64,000 nucleotides of DNA. Origin: an uncultured Bacteroidales bacterium (GTDB taxonomy: Bacteria > Bacteroidota > Bacteroidia > Bacteroidales > UBA7960). A program made the position numbers and the translations under genes. Location: NCBI GenBank assembly GCA_964348755.1, contig CAYGDW010000009.1, positions 38 through 64,037 on the forward strand, written 5' to 3'. The notes below the pieces were generated by a model. The model had not been told where the DNA came from. It searched no databases and saw only the letters and a program-made list of their open reading frames with translations. Positions within the stretch are counted from its first letter, which is position 1, and the number at the start of each line of letters is the position of its first letter. Positions 9,445-18,215 of the stretch are shown here, in pieces.

Positions 9445-9615
9445 TTAATTAATAACCTCTTCAGCTTTTTCCTCAGTTTCTTCAACAACTTCTTCGGTTT
9501 CAGTTACCACCTCTTCAGTAGTTTCAATCTCTTCGGCAGGCTCCTGCTTAGCGGGGCCACAGCCAACAAAGAACAGCATTCCAGCAATGGTCATTAATGC
9601 AAAAAACTTTTTCAT
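9445..9615 (-). CDS. small acidic lipoprotein
   Basis: MKKFFALMTIAGMLFFVGC is a signal peptide with a lipobox Cys, followed by a Glu/Thr/Val-rich tail. The internal ATG at 9615 is preferred over the ORF-track start at 9699. Confidence 0.55.
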   Translation of the reverse strand: MKKFFALMTIAGMLFFVGCGPAKQEPAEEIETTEEVVTETEEVVEETEEKAEEVIN

Positions 9616-9826
9616 GTGTTTTGGTTTAAATTGATGAATGAATGGAAATCGGGTGCAAAATAAAGGCAAATCAATGAATAAAACAAGTATGTTATTCAAA
9701 ATATTTAAAAAAACTGTTTAAAATTATCAAACAGATTATCAGTTTGTTGATAAAAATTTAGGTCAAAAGCAAGGCTAAAAAGCCCAATTTGAGACCCTTC
9801 AACTGCCGGGATAATTAACCGTTTTG

Positions 9827-11077
9827 TCAAACATTCAACTTTTCGCCTTCTGATTTTGCAATTATTACTGCCCCGCAGGTATCGCTCCAAACATTTACGG
9901 CAGTTCGAAACATATCCAAAATCCTGTCAACGGCCAAAATGAGGCCAAGCCCCTCAATGGGGAGGCCTACTGCTGATAGTATAACGGTCATTATAACCAG
10001 GCCAGCCATCGGTATGCCGGCTGCACCAATAGAGGCCAGCAGGGCCGTAACCATAACAATAAACTGCTGAACAAGGCTTAGTTCAATACCATACGCCTGG
10101 GCAATAAACAGAACGGCCACACACTGATAAAGAGCTGTGCCATCCATATTTATGGTAGCGCCAAGAGGCAACACAAAACTCGACGTTTTATTTGACACCC
10201 CGCTGTTAAACTCAACCGCTTCCATGGTAAGGGGCAATGTGGCGCTGCTGCTCGAGGTCGAAAATGCCGTAAGCAAAGGAACTGACATACCCTTAAAATG
10301 CTTTAATGGATTTACCCGTCCGATAATCCTGAGCATAATGGGCAAAAATATAACCGCGTGTACGATTAAAGCTATAATTACTGTAAGCATATACATGCCC
10401 AGATGCCCAAATACCGACAAAAGGTTGTCCGAATTGTCGGCAACCAGAGCCGCAACAATTCCAAATACTCCCAAAGGGGTAAACTTAATAACGAACAATG
10501 TAATTTTCATCATGATTTCGAAAATTGCATTAAAGAAATTCACGATGGGGTCGCGGTAGGTAGAGGCAACCCTGGTTGCAAAGAAACCAAAAATTACCGC
10601 AAAGAAAATAATAGCAGGCAAATCGCCTTTGGCCATTGCATCTATAATGTTTGTAGGGATAATTTTAATAAGGGTCATCCCAAAACTGTCGGTGCTTGCA
10701 TTTAGTCCTTCTATCACTTCGCCCAGGCCAAGGTCGGCACCTACACCGGGTTTTATCAGGTTTACCATAACCAGGCCTGTGGCAATTGCCAATAAGCTGG
10801 TAAAAATATAATACGATATTGTTTTCAGGCTCATGCGACCCAGATTTTCGGCCGACCCAATGCCTGTAACCCCCATTATTATTGATGAAAAAACCAATGG
10901 GATGATAATCATGCGCAGCAAACGCAGAAACAGTATGCCCATCCACTCTATATACCTTACCAGGTCGGGAAAAACCAATCCAAATACAATACCCAGCCCA
11001 AGTGCAATGAGTATTTGCCAGTGTAATTTAATTTTTTTCACACCATAATGATTTAAGGGAGCAATATTACGAAACAA
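9827..11077 (-). CDS. dicarboxylate/amino acid:cation symporter (DAACS family)
   Basis: 416 aa and polytopic, with the signature AFSTSSSSATLPLTM and the ..NMDGTALY.. motif of GltP/SstT-type carriers. Confidence 0.85.
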   Translation of the reverse strand: MFRNIAPLNHYGVKKIKLHWQILIALGLGIVFGLVFPDLVRYIEWMGILFLRLLRMIIIPLVFSSIIMGVTGIGSAENLGRMSLKTISYYIFTSLLAIATGLVMVNLIKPGVGADLGLGEVIEGLNASTDSFGMTLIKIIPTNIIDAMAKGDLPAIIFFAVIFGFFATRVASTYRDPIVNFFNAIFEIMMKITLFVIKFTPLGVFGIVAALVADNSDNLLSVFGHLGMYMLTVIIALIVHAVIFLPIMLRIIGRVNPLKHFKGMSVPLLTAFSTSSSSATLPLTMEAVEFNSGVSNKTSSFVLPLGATINMDGTALYQCVAVLFIAQAYGIELSLVQQFIVMVTALLASIGAAGIPMAGLVIMTVILSAVGLPIEGLGLILAVDRILDMFRTAVNVWSDTCGAVIIAKSEGEKLNV

Positions 11078-11222
11078 TTATTAAATCCCTAAATTTTTTC
11101 AATTGAATCAGTTTGCTGTAAATTTGGCTTATTGGTTTTATAAATGCGTCAAATTGGCATAAATTTCTTTAGTTTGAAGCCTGGTAGGGGTTTTGTTTCC
11201 CAAAAATATAAAATTTTATAAA

Positions 11223-13814
11223 ATGACCCTCAACAATTTCACCATTAAATCTCAGGAAGCCATTCACAAGGCACATGAAATAGCTTTGGGTTACCACCAT
11301 CAGGCTGTAGAAAACGCGCATCTGCTAAAAGCAATACTGGTTGTTGACGAAAATGTGGCTCCCTACCTTCTTAAAAAAAACAATTTAAACCTTGCCGTAA
11401 TAAATCAGGGGCTTGAAAGTGTAATTCAGTCATTTCCAAAAATATCAGGAGGTCAGGTTTACTTTTCGACAGGCTTCAATCAAACCCTTCAAAATGCAAC
11501 GGATTTGCTCAAAGATTTTGGCGATGAGTATATTTCGGTCGAGCATTTGTTACTGGCAATAATAATGGGTTCAGATAAGGTTGCCCAGTTACTTAAGGAT
11601 GCAGGCCTTAGCTCATCAAGCCTAAAAGAGTCAATCAGGGATCTTCGCAAAGGTTCTTTGGTAAAAAGTCAAACTGCCGAAGACAGCTACAACGCCCTGA
11701 CAAATTATGCCCGTAACCTCAATGATCTTGCCCAATCAGGAAAACTAGATCCTGTAATTGGCCGCGATGATGAAATACGGCGCATACTCCAGATTTTGGC
11801 ACGCCGCACCAAAAACAACCCCATACTGGTAGGCGAACCAGGCGTTGGTAAAACCGCCATTGCCGAGGGGCTTGCCCACCGGATTGTAAATGGCGATGTA
11901 CCCGAAAATCTAAAGTCAAAAAAGGTTTTTTCGCTTGATATGGGGGCGTTGATTGCTGGTGCAAAATTCAAGGGAGAGTTTGAAGAAAGACTGAAGGCCG
12001 TTGTAAAAGAAGTGGTGGGTTCAGATGGCGAAATAGTGCTGTTTATTGATGAAATTCACACCCTGGTTGGAGCCGGTTCAAATGGTGAAGGAGCCATGGA
12101 TGCTGCAAACATTTTGAAACCGGCCCTGGCCCGCGGAGAGTTGCGTGCTATTGGAGCCACCACCCTGAAAGAGTTTCAGCGGTATTTCGAAAAAGACAAA
12201 GCCCTCGAAAGACGTTTTCAAACGGTTATGGTTGACGAACCAACAAAAATTGATTCCATCAGCATTTTGCGCGGTTTAAAGGAGAAATACGAAACCCATC
12301 ACAAAGTAAGAATAAAAGATGAGGCCATAATTGCCGCTGTTGACCTGTCGCTGCGATACATTACCGACCGATTTCTGCCCGATAAGGCCATTGACCTTAT
12401 TGACGAAGCAGCTTCAAAGCTACGTTTGGAAATGAATTCGGTACCCGAAGAGCTCGATGAAGCTGAGCGCCGCATCCGTCAGCTCGAAATTGAGCGCGAA
12501 GCCATAAAAAGGGAGAAGGATGAAGAAAAACTGAATTTGATTGGAGCGCAACTTGCTAACCTACAGGATGAGCGAAACCGGCTAAAAAGCCGTTGGCAGG
12601 CCGAAAAGGATGTGGTTGTGCAATTGCAGGCGCTTAAGCAAAATATTGAGGTGTTTCGTTTTGAAGCTGATCAGGCTGAAAGAAACGGCGACTTTGGCAA
12701 GGTAGCCGAACTGCGATATGGAAAAATAAAGGAAGCCGAAATGCAACTTGATGCCCTTCATTTTAAACTGAAGCAAATGCAAGCCAACAGCGCCATGATT
12801 AAGGAGGAGGTTACAGCCGAAGATATTGCCGATGTGGTATCGCGCTGGACCGGAATTCCTGTAAGCCGTATGCTGCAAAGCGAGCGCGAAAAATTATTGC
12901 ATCTCGAAAACGAACTTCATAAGCGCATCGTGGGCCAACATGAGGCTATTGTGGCAGTATCTGACGCAATAAGGCGAAGCCGTGCAGGCCTTCATGATCC
13001 AAAACGACCGGTAGGGTCATTTATCTTTTTGGGCACAACGGGCGTTGGCAAAACCGAACTTGCCAAAGCATTGGCCGAGTTCCTGTTTAACGATGAAAAC
13101 GCTTTGGTGCGGATCGATATGAGTGAATATCAGGAACCACATACCGTAAGCCGCCTTATTGGAGCACCGCCCGGATATGTTGGCTACGAAGAAAGCGGAC
13201 AACTCACCGAATCTGTAAGACGAAAACCATATTCGGTAGTGCTGCTTGATGAAATTGAAAAAGCTCACCCCGATGTATTTAACATACTTCTGCAGGTACT
13301 CGAGGATGGAAGACTTACAGACAATAAGGGAAGAACTGCCGATTTTAAAAATACCCTAATCATAATGACCTCAAATATTGGGTCGGGTTTGATTCAGGAA
13401 AAATTGGAAACCCTGACCGACCAAAACAGCGAGCATTTAATTGATCAAATGCAAGCTGAAGTTATTAACTTGCTAAAACGAACCATTAAACCTGAATTCT
13501 TAAACCGGGTTGACGAAATCATTATGTTTAGGCCGCTTACCAGAGAAGAAATAAAAGGGGTAGCAGCATTGCAGCTAAAACGCGTTGAGCAAATGCTTTC
13601 AGAACTCGGTATAACCCTCGAGCTGAGTACAGAGGCCATTGAATGGATTGCCAGCGAAGGATTTGATCCTCAATATGGGGCAAGGCCGCTAAAAAGGGTT
13701 ATACAAAAGAACCTGCTCAACCGCCTTTCAAAAGAATTGCTGGCAGGGCAAATTGGCAAAGATCAGGTGGTAAAATTAGGAGCTACTGGTTCCGGATTAA
13801 GTATATCGGTGTAG
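11223..13814 (+). CDS. clpB: ATP-dependent chaperone ClpB
   Basis: Two AAA+ modules (GEPGVGKTA and GTTGVGKTELAK) flank a long coiled-coil middle domain. The ATG at 11223 (MTLNNFTIKSQEAI) is preferred over the TTG at 11193. Confidence 0.95.
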   Translation: MTLNNFTIKSQEAIHKAHEIALGYHHQAVENAHLLKAILVVDENVAPYLLKKNNLNLAVINQGLESVIQSFPKISGGQVYFSTGFNQTLQNATDLLKDFGDEYISVEHLLLAIIMGSDKVAQLLKDAGLSSSSLKESIRDLRKGSLVKSQTAEDSYNALTNYARNLNDLAQSGKLDPVIGRDDEIRRILQILARRTKNNPILVGEPGVGKTAIAEGLAHRIVNGDVPENLKSKKVFSLDMGALIAGAKFKGEFEERLKAVVKEVVGSDGEIVLFIDEIHTLVGAGSNGEGAMDAANILKPALARGELRAIGATTLKEFQRYFEKDKALERRFQTVMVDEPTKIDSISILRGLKEKYETHHKVRIKDEAIIAAVDLSLRYITDRFLPDKAIDLIDEAASKLRLEMNSVPEELDEAERRIRQLEIEREAIKREKDEEKLNLIGAQLANLQDERNRLKSRWQAEKDVVVQLQALKQNIEVFRFEADQAERNGDFGKVAELRYGKIKEAEMQLDALHFKLKQMQANSAMIKEEVTAEDIADVVSRWTGIPVSRMLQSEREKLLHLENELHKRIVGQHEAIVAVSDAIRRSRAGLHDPKRPVGSFIFLGTTGVGKTELAKALAEFLFNDENALVRIDMSEYQEPHTVSRLIGAPPGYVGYEESGQLTESVRRKPYSVVLLDEIEKAHPDVFNILLQVLEDGRLTDNKGRTADFKNTLIIMTSNIGSGLIQEKLETLTDQNSEHLIDQMQAEVINLLKRTIKPEFLNRVDEIIMFRPLTREEIKGVAALQLKRVEQMLSELGITLELSTEAIEWIASEGFDPQYGARPLKRVIQKNLLNRLSKELLAGQIGKDQVVKLGATGSGLSISV

Positions 13815-13878
13815 GTTAATACACAGCCATCGTAAATTTCATAAGGAAGTTTAAGCCTGTTTCTTTACGAAAAAAGCC

Positions 13879-13886
13879 TATTTTTG
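13879..13886 (+). promoter_or_regulatory. putative Bacteroidetes-type -7 box TAttTTTG
   Basis: Exact TAnnTTTG match 11 nt upstream of the TTG start at 13897. Confidence 0.4.
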
Positions 13887-13896
13887 CAATAAAAAC

Positions 13897-15117
13897 TTGA
13901 ATACCCCCCTATTTATAGCGCGAAAAATTGCCCCGGGTAAGCACGCAAAATCATACACAGGCATTATCCGCAAAATTTCGGTGTTGAGCATTGCCCTTGG
14001 TTTGGCAGTCATGATTATTTCTATGGCTGTGGTAACCGGCTTTCAGAACGAAATTCGCGATAAAGTAATTGGTTTTGGTGCGCATATACAGGTTACCAAT
14101 CTCGATTACAACGTATCTTTTGAATCGGCTCCGATAAGTAGCCAGCAAGATTTTCTTGAACCGCTCAAAACCTTGCCGGGTATAAGACATGTGCAGGTAT
14201 TTGCCACAAAGGCAGGTATAATCAAAACCGACACCGACATTCATGGAATTGTAATGAAGGGTATTGGGCCCGATTTCGACTGGTCGTTTTTCGGCCAGCG
14301 CATGATAAACGGTAATATTATGAATCTCAGCGACACCACAAGATCGGATGAGGTTATTATTTCAAAATTTATAGCCAACCGCCTAAAACTTGAGCCTGGC
14401 AACAACATTTTCGTTTATTTTATTCAGGAGCCACCGGCCATCCGCAGGTTTAGTATTGCCGGAATTTACGAAACCGGACTTGAGGAACTGGATAAAATGT
14501 TTATACTTGGCGACATAAAACATATTCAACGGTTGAACCAATGGGAAAATGACCAGATTGGAGGCTTTGAAATTTTGGTTGACAACTTCAACAACATTCA
14601 TTACATCAATAAGGAAGTGTTCAAACTCATACCCTACTATTTAAATGCCCGCAGCATAAGGCAAATTTATCCGCAAATATTCGATTGGCTCGCCCTATTG
14701 GATATGAATGTGTATGTAATTCTTTTCCTAATGGTGCTGGTAGCTGGTATAAACATGATTACCACCTTGCTCATAGCCGTGCTTGAGCGCACCAACCTGA
14801 TTGGAATAATAAAGGCGGTTGGAGGGTCCAACCGCCTGGTAAGAAAAATATTTTTGTACAATGCCGCCTTTACAATTGCCAGGGGGCTTTTATGGGGCAA
14901 TTTGTTTGGCTTGACCATTTGCCTACTACAACATCACTTCGGGTTTATTACACTGCCCCAGGATTCATATTATGTTTCGGTGGTACCAATAAACCTTGAT
15001 ATAACACACATATTGCTGCTCAATGCCGGTACCTTTGCCGTGTGTATGCTTATGCTCATTGTTCCATCTATGATAATAACACGCATATCGCCAGTTAAGG
15101 CAATAATTTTCAGGTAG
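13897..15117 (+). CDS. FtsX-like ABC transporter permease (LolC/E-type)
   Basis: 406 aa with one N-terminal TM helix, a large periplasmic domain and three C-terminal TM helices. This is the FtsX/MacB-type topology and sequence pattern. Confidence 0.78.
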   Translation: MNTPLFIARKIAPGKHAKSYTGIIRKISVLSIALGLAVMIISMAVVTGFQNEIRDKVIGFGAHIQVTNLDYNVSFESAPISSQQDFLEPLKTLPGIRHVQVFATKAGIIKTDTDIHGIVMKGIGPDFDWSFFGQRMINGNIMNLSDTTRSDEVIISKFIANRLKLEPGNNIFVYFIQEPPAIRRFSIAGIYETGLEELDKMFILGDIKHIQRLNQWENDQIGGFEILVDNFNNIHYINKEVFKLIPYYLNARSIRQIYPQIFDWLALLDMNVYVILFLMVLVAGINMITTLLIAVLERTNLIGIIKAVGGSNRLVRKIFLYNAAFTIARGLLWGNLFGLTICLLQHHFGFITLPQDSYYVSVVPINLDITHILLLNAGTFAVCMLMLIVPSMIITRISPVKAIIFR

Positions 15118-15122
15118 TTGAC

Positions 15123-15749
15123 TTAGAAACTGAAGCCCAGACTTAGTATAAATTGATGGGGCCTGGTATCGTATTGAATGGTTTGGCCTCCTATTGTAAC
15201 GCCCTCACCAAAATTGGTCAGGTTTCCCTCGTATCTGAAATCCAACATCAGGCTGCCAAGTTGAAGCCCGGCGCCAAGCTGATATCCCATGGTTACATTG
15301 TTGAAGTTCGAGGCAAAGTCATTTTCAAGACCCAGATCGTTCCAGTTGTTTATTAGTAAAGAAAAAACAGGTGCGGCACTTACTTTTATCGGGCCTAATT
15401 TTATCCCAATATGCAGCGGTAGTGCAAGATGGCTAAATTTTTCTACAAAATATTCGTCTTCCTGTGCAGGGGCAACAAATTCAACAAGCATATCGCGCCC
15501 GTTTTGGGTGTAAAGCAGCTCGGGCTGGAAAAAACCGCCTCCAAAAACAAACTGGCCGAATATCCCAACATGATAACCCGTGTAGCTATCGGACAAAGAG
15601 GAAACTATATAATCGGGTGATGCTCCCGATATGTTTGAAGGCAAACTGGAAAAGTTCAGACCGGCTTTCAGGCCAAATGAAGGATTTCCGGCTTGTAAAT
15701 TACCTGCAACAAAGAAAAAAATGGCAAAAATCAAAATCAATCGTTTCAT
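15123..15749 (-). CDS. outer-membrane beta-barrel (porin-family) protein
   Basis: The signal peptide MKRLILIFAIFFFVAGNLQA is followed by alternating beta-strand patterns and a C-terminal aromatic residue (..LSLGFSF). Confidence 0.7.
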   Translation of the reverse strand: MKRLILIFAIFFFVAGNLQAGNPSFGLKAGLNFSSLPSNISGASPDYIVSSLSDSYTGYHVGIFGQFVFGGGFFQPELLYTQNGRDMLVEFVAPAQEDEYFVEKFSHLALPLHIGIKLGPIKVSAAPVFSLLINNWNDLGLENDFASNFNNVTMGYQLGAGLQLGSLMLDFRYEGNLTNFGEGVTIGGQTIQYDTRPHQFILSLGFSF

Positions 15750-15816
15750 AATTGTAGGGTTTTAGGAAAGTGTTCAAAATTTAAACTTCGAGTTCTGATA
15801 TTTATTTTGCAACAAT

Positions 15817-15842
15817 AAAAAAAGCCGGGCAAAAACCCGGCC
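15817..15842 (-). terminator. rho-independent terminator
   Basis: On the minus strand it reads gccggg-tttttg-cccggc followed by T7. It lies immediately after the stop at 15848. Confidence 0.8.
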
Positions 15843-15847
15843 AATTT

Positions 15848-18022
15848 TTAGGAATCCCTGAGTATTTTCAATTTTTGCTCAAGGAGAGCAATTTCCTGTT
15901 TTGCATTTTCGATTTTATCTTCAATTTCAATCTTCAGAATATCGGCCTTTTTAGAGGAAGCAAAGAAACCAATATTGTTTTCCAACACCTTAATATCGTT
16001 TTGCAAAGTGCTTATTTTGTTAAGGATATAATTTCTTTCCTTATACATGATATGCTCAGCATTTGGGGAATTTTTAATATTATCGATTTTTGAACGAAAC
16101 GTCATGGTGCTTTTTGCCTTTTTGCTGATACCAAGTTTTTCGAACTGCTCGTCGATAGTGCTACGGTACTCGGCCTGAATCTTGTCTTTTTGTTTAATCG
16201 GCACGTGCCCCGTTTCCATCCACTGTCGCTGGTACTCGTTTATAATCCTCAGGTTTTCGGCATTATCGCTGGTATATTTATGGTTGCGAATCTGGCTAAT
16301 GATTTCTTTTTTCTTCAGCAGGTTTTCATCCTGAGTTTCGCCAATATTTGAAAAATACTCGGCTTTGTTTTTGAAGAACTCATCGCAGGCCGCCCTGAAT
16401 CTTTTCCATATCTTATCAGAGAATTTGCTGGGAACTGTTCCAATTTTTTTCCATTGTTGCTGCAATGCAATCAGCTCATCGGTGGTTCGCCGCCAATCGG
16501 TGCTGTCTTTTAGGGCCTCGGCCTGCAGGCAAAGGTTTAGCTTCTGGTTGTAGTTTTCCGACTGGCTTTCTTTGTACTTCTGGAAATAATCCTTCTTATA
16601 TCTGAAAAAGAGGTCGAGGGCCGTGCGAAAACGGTTCCATACTTCATTGTTTACTTTTTTGGGAGCAAAGCCAATTGATTTCCATTGCCTGAAAAGGTCG
16701 TTAATCTGATTGGTGCGTTCCTGCCATTGTCTTGGCGTTTCGGCCATCAGCTCGGCCAGTTGTTCGGCCTTTTCGCATAGTGCAATTTTATCAGAAAGGT
16801 TTTTATGCTGATCATCGCGCAGGCTTTCGTAATAGTCCTGACGGCGCTTGTTAAGCTTTTCAGTAGCTGCCTTAAACCTGTCCCAAATCTCGTCTTTCTT
16901 GTCGTTAGGCACGGGACCGGCTTCTTTCCAGGCTTCATGAAGCTTTTGCAGGCGTTGAAACGATTTTACAATTGATGGCTCAAGGAGCAATTCCTCGGCT
17001 TTTTCGCAAAGTTCAGTTTTTAGCTCCAGATTTTTCTTAAGGTCAAGGTCTTTAAGCTCCTTGTTTATTTTTATCTTGTCGAAAAACTTCTCAACCAGAA
17101 AATGGTAGTTGTTCCAAAGGTTGTTCTTGTCGTTTTGCGGTACTGCACCAATGGTGCGCCATTTCTCCTGCAGGTCGCGAAACTGGTCGTATGTTCTTTT
17201 TAGTTCCTCTTCCGAGTCTATCAAATTGCGCAATTCTTCAAGAATGCGCTCTTTGGCGTAAAGGTTTTCCTGCTTTTGTTTTTCAAGAGCATGATCAAAA
17301 ACCGATTTTTTGTTTTTATAAATAATCAATGCATCTTCAAAGCGCCTCACAAGCGGGTCGGCAGGCGGCTCATTCATTGGAGTTGCCTGCTCAGGCTCAT
17401 CGCCGGCTACAATTGATTTTTCGTAAAAATCAAGGCTTTCGTCTTTCAAAAGCTTTCTGAATGAAGCCTTTACAAACCCAATGTGTTGACGTATAAAGTT
17501 TATGTCTTCGTGTCTTACAAGGGCTTCAAGTGTATGAACCAGCTCCTCGCGTGACATTCTGGCGTATTTTTCGGCAAGGTTTTCATCTTCTTCGGCTTGT
17601 TCGCCCGCTTCGCGATCCTCCACCTCGGCTTCATCGCAATCACCATCTTCGCATCCATCTGTCTCAACCATGACAGAAACATCTGAAATGACTTCCTGAA
17701 TTTTGGTTTGCGCTTCAATAAGTTCACCGGCCTCAACTTCAGCTACTTCTTCATAAGCCACAGGTATTTGCGCTGCCTCTTCGGGCATAACCTCATCCGT
17801 TAGGACATTCACTGAAGCTCCCTGGTCATCTTCAATTTCAGAAGCAATGTATATTTCCTGGCTATCGAAAGAAATTTCCGAATTTGGTCCGTTCGGAATT
17901 GCTTCGGTTTGGGTTTGCTTAATTTCGGCTGCTGGTGCTGAATTTTCAGCATTCAGGCTCTCATCCCCCGGCTGATCGAATACCTTATCAGCCTCAGGGT
18001 CCAGTTGTTCGTTGTTTTTCAT
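15848..18022 (-). CDS. DUF349 domain-containing protein
   Basis: An acidic N-terminus is followed by several repeats of the W..W...G.vP....d.lW.rF..a.d.FF pattern typical of DUF349. The ATG at 18022 is preferred; the track start is the TTG at 18028. Confidence 0.8.
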   Translation of the reverse strand: MKNNEQLDPEADKVFDQPGDESLNAENSAPAAEIKQTQTEAIPNGPNSEISFDSQEIYIASEIEDDQGASVNVLTDEVMPEEAAQIPVAYEEVAEVEAGELIEAQTKIQEVISDVSVMVETDGCEDGDCDEAEVEDREAGEQAEEDENLAEKYARMSREELVHTLEALVRHEDINFIRQHIGFVKASFRKLLKDESLDFYEKSIVAGDEPEQATPMNEPPADPLVRRFEDALIIYKNKKSVFDHALEKQKQENLYAKERILEELRNLIDSEEELKRTYDQFRDLQEKWRTIGAVPQNDKNNLWNNYHFLVEKFFDKIKINKELKDLDLKKNLELKTELCEKAEELLLEPSIVKSFQRLQKLHEAWKEAGPVPNDKKDEIWDRFKAATEKLNKRRQDYYESLRDDQHKNLSDKIALCEKAEQLAELMAETPRQWQERTNQINDLFRQWKSIGFAPKKVNNEVWNRFRTALDLFFRYKKDYFQKYKESQSENYNQKLNLCLQAEALKDSTDWRRTTDELIALQQQWKKIGTVPSKFSDKIWKRFRAACDEFFKNKAEYFSNIGETQDENLLKKKEIISQIRNHKYTSDNAENLRIINEYQRQWMETGHVPIKQKDKIQAEYRSTIDEQFEKLGISKKAKSTMTFRSKIDNIKNSPNAEHIMYKERNYILNKISTLQNDIKVLENNIGFFASSKKADILKIEIEDKIENAKQEIALLEQKLKILRDS

Positions 18023-18029
18023 CAACAAT

Positions 18030-18205
18030 AATGGTTAAAAAATGAATACTAATGAAAGTAAATGAGTATTTCGTCGTTAAAAACACTGTAATAAAGTGTG
18101 ATTACCAAAATTCCGGTATTCAGCAGGCCCGCGCTTTTTCGGGGCCAACAAAATTATAAATATTTTTATACGGTCGAAAATGTTTTTTATTCATTTTTAA
18201 CCATT
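18030..18205. repeat. 18/19-nt inverted-repeat pair bracketing a roughly 140-bp promoter-bearing segment
   Basis: aatggttaaaaaatgaata (18030-18048) matches the reverse complement of tattcatttttaaccatt (18188-18205). The two are identical except for one extra A. Confidence 0.6.
18150..18157 (-). promoter_or_regulatory. putative -7 box TAatTTTG (minus strand)
   Basis: The plus-strand caaaatta is the only TAnnTTTG match in the DUF349 upstream region. It faces the gene. Confidence 0.4.
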
Positions 18206-18215
18206 TAAACCAATG

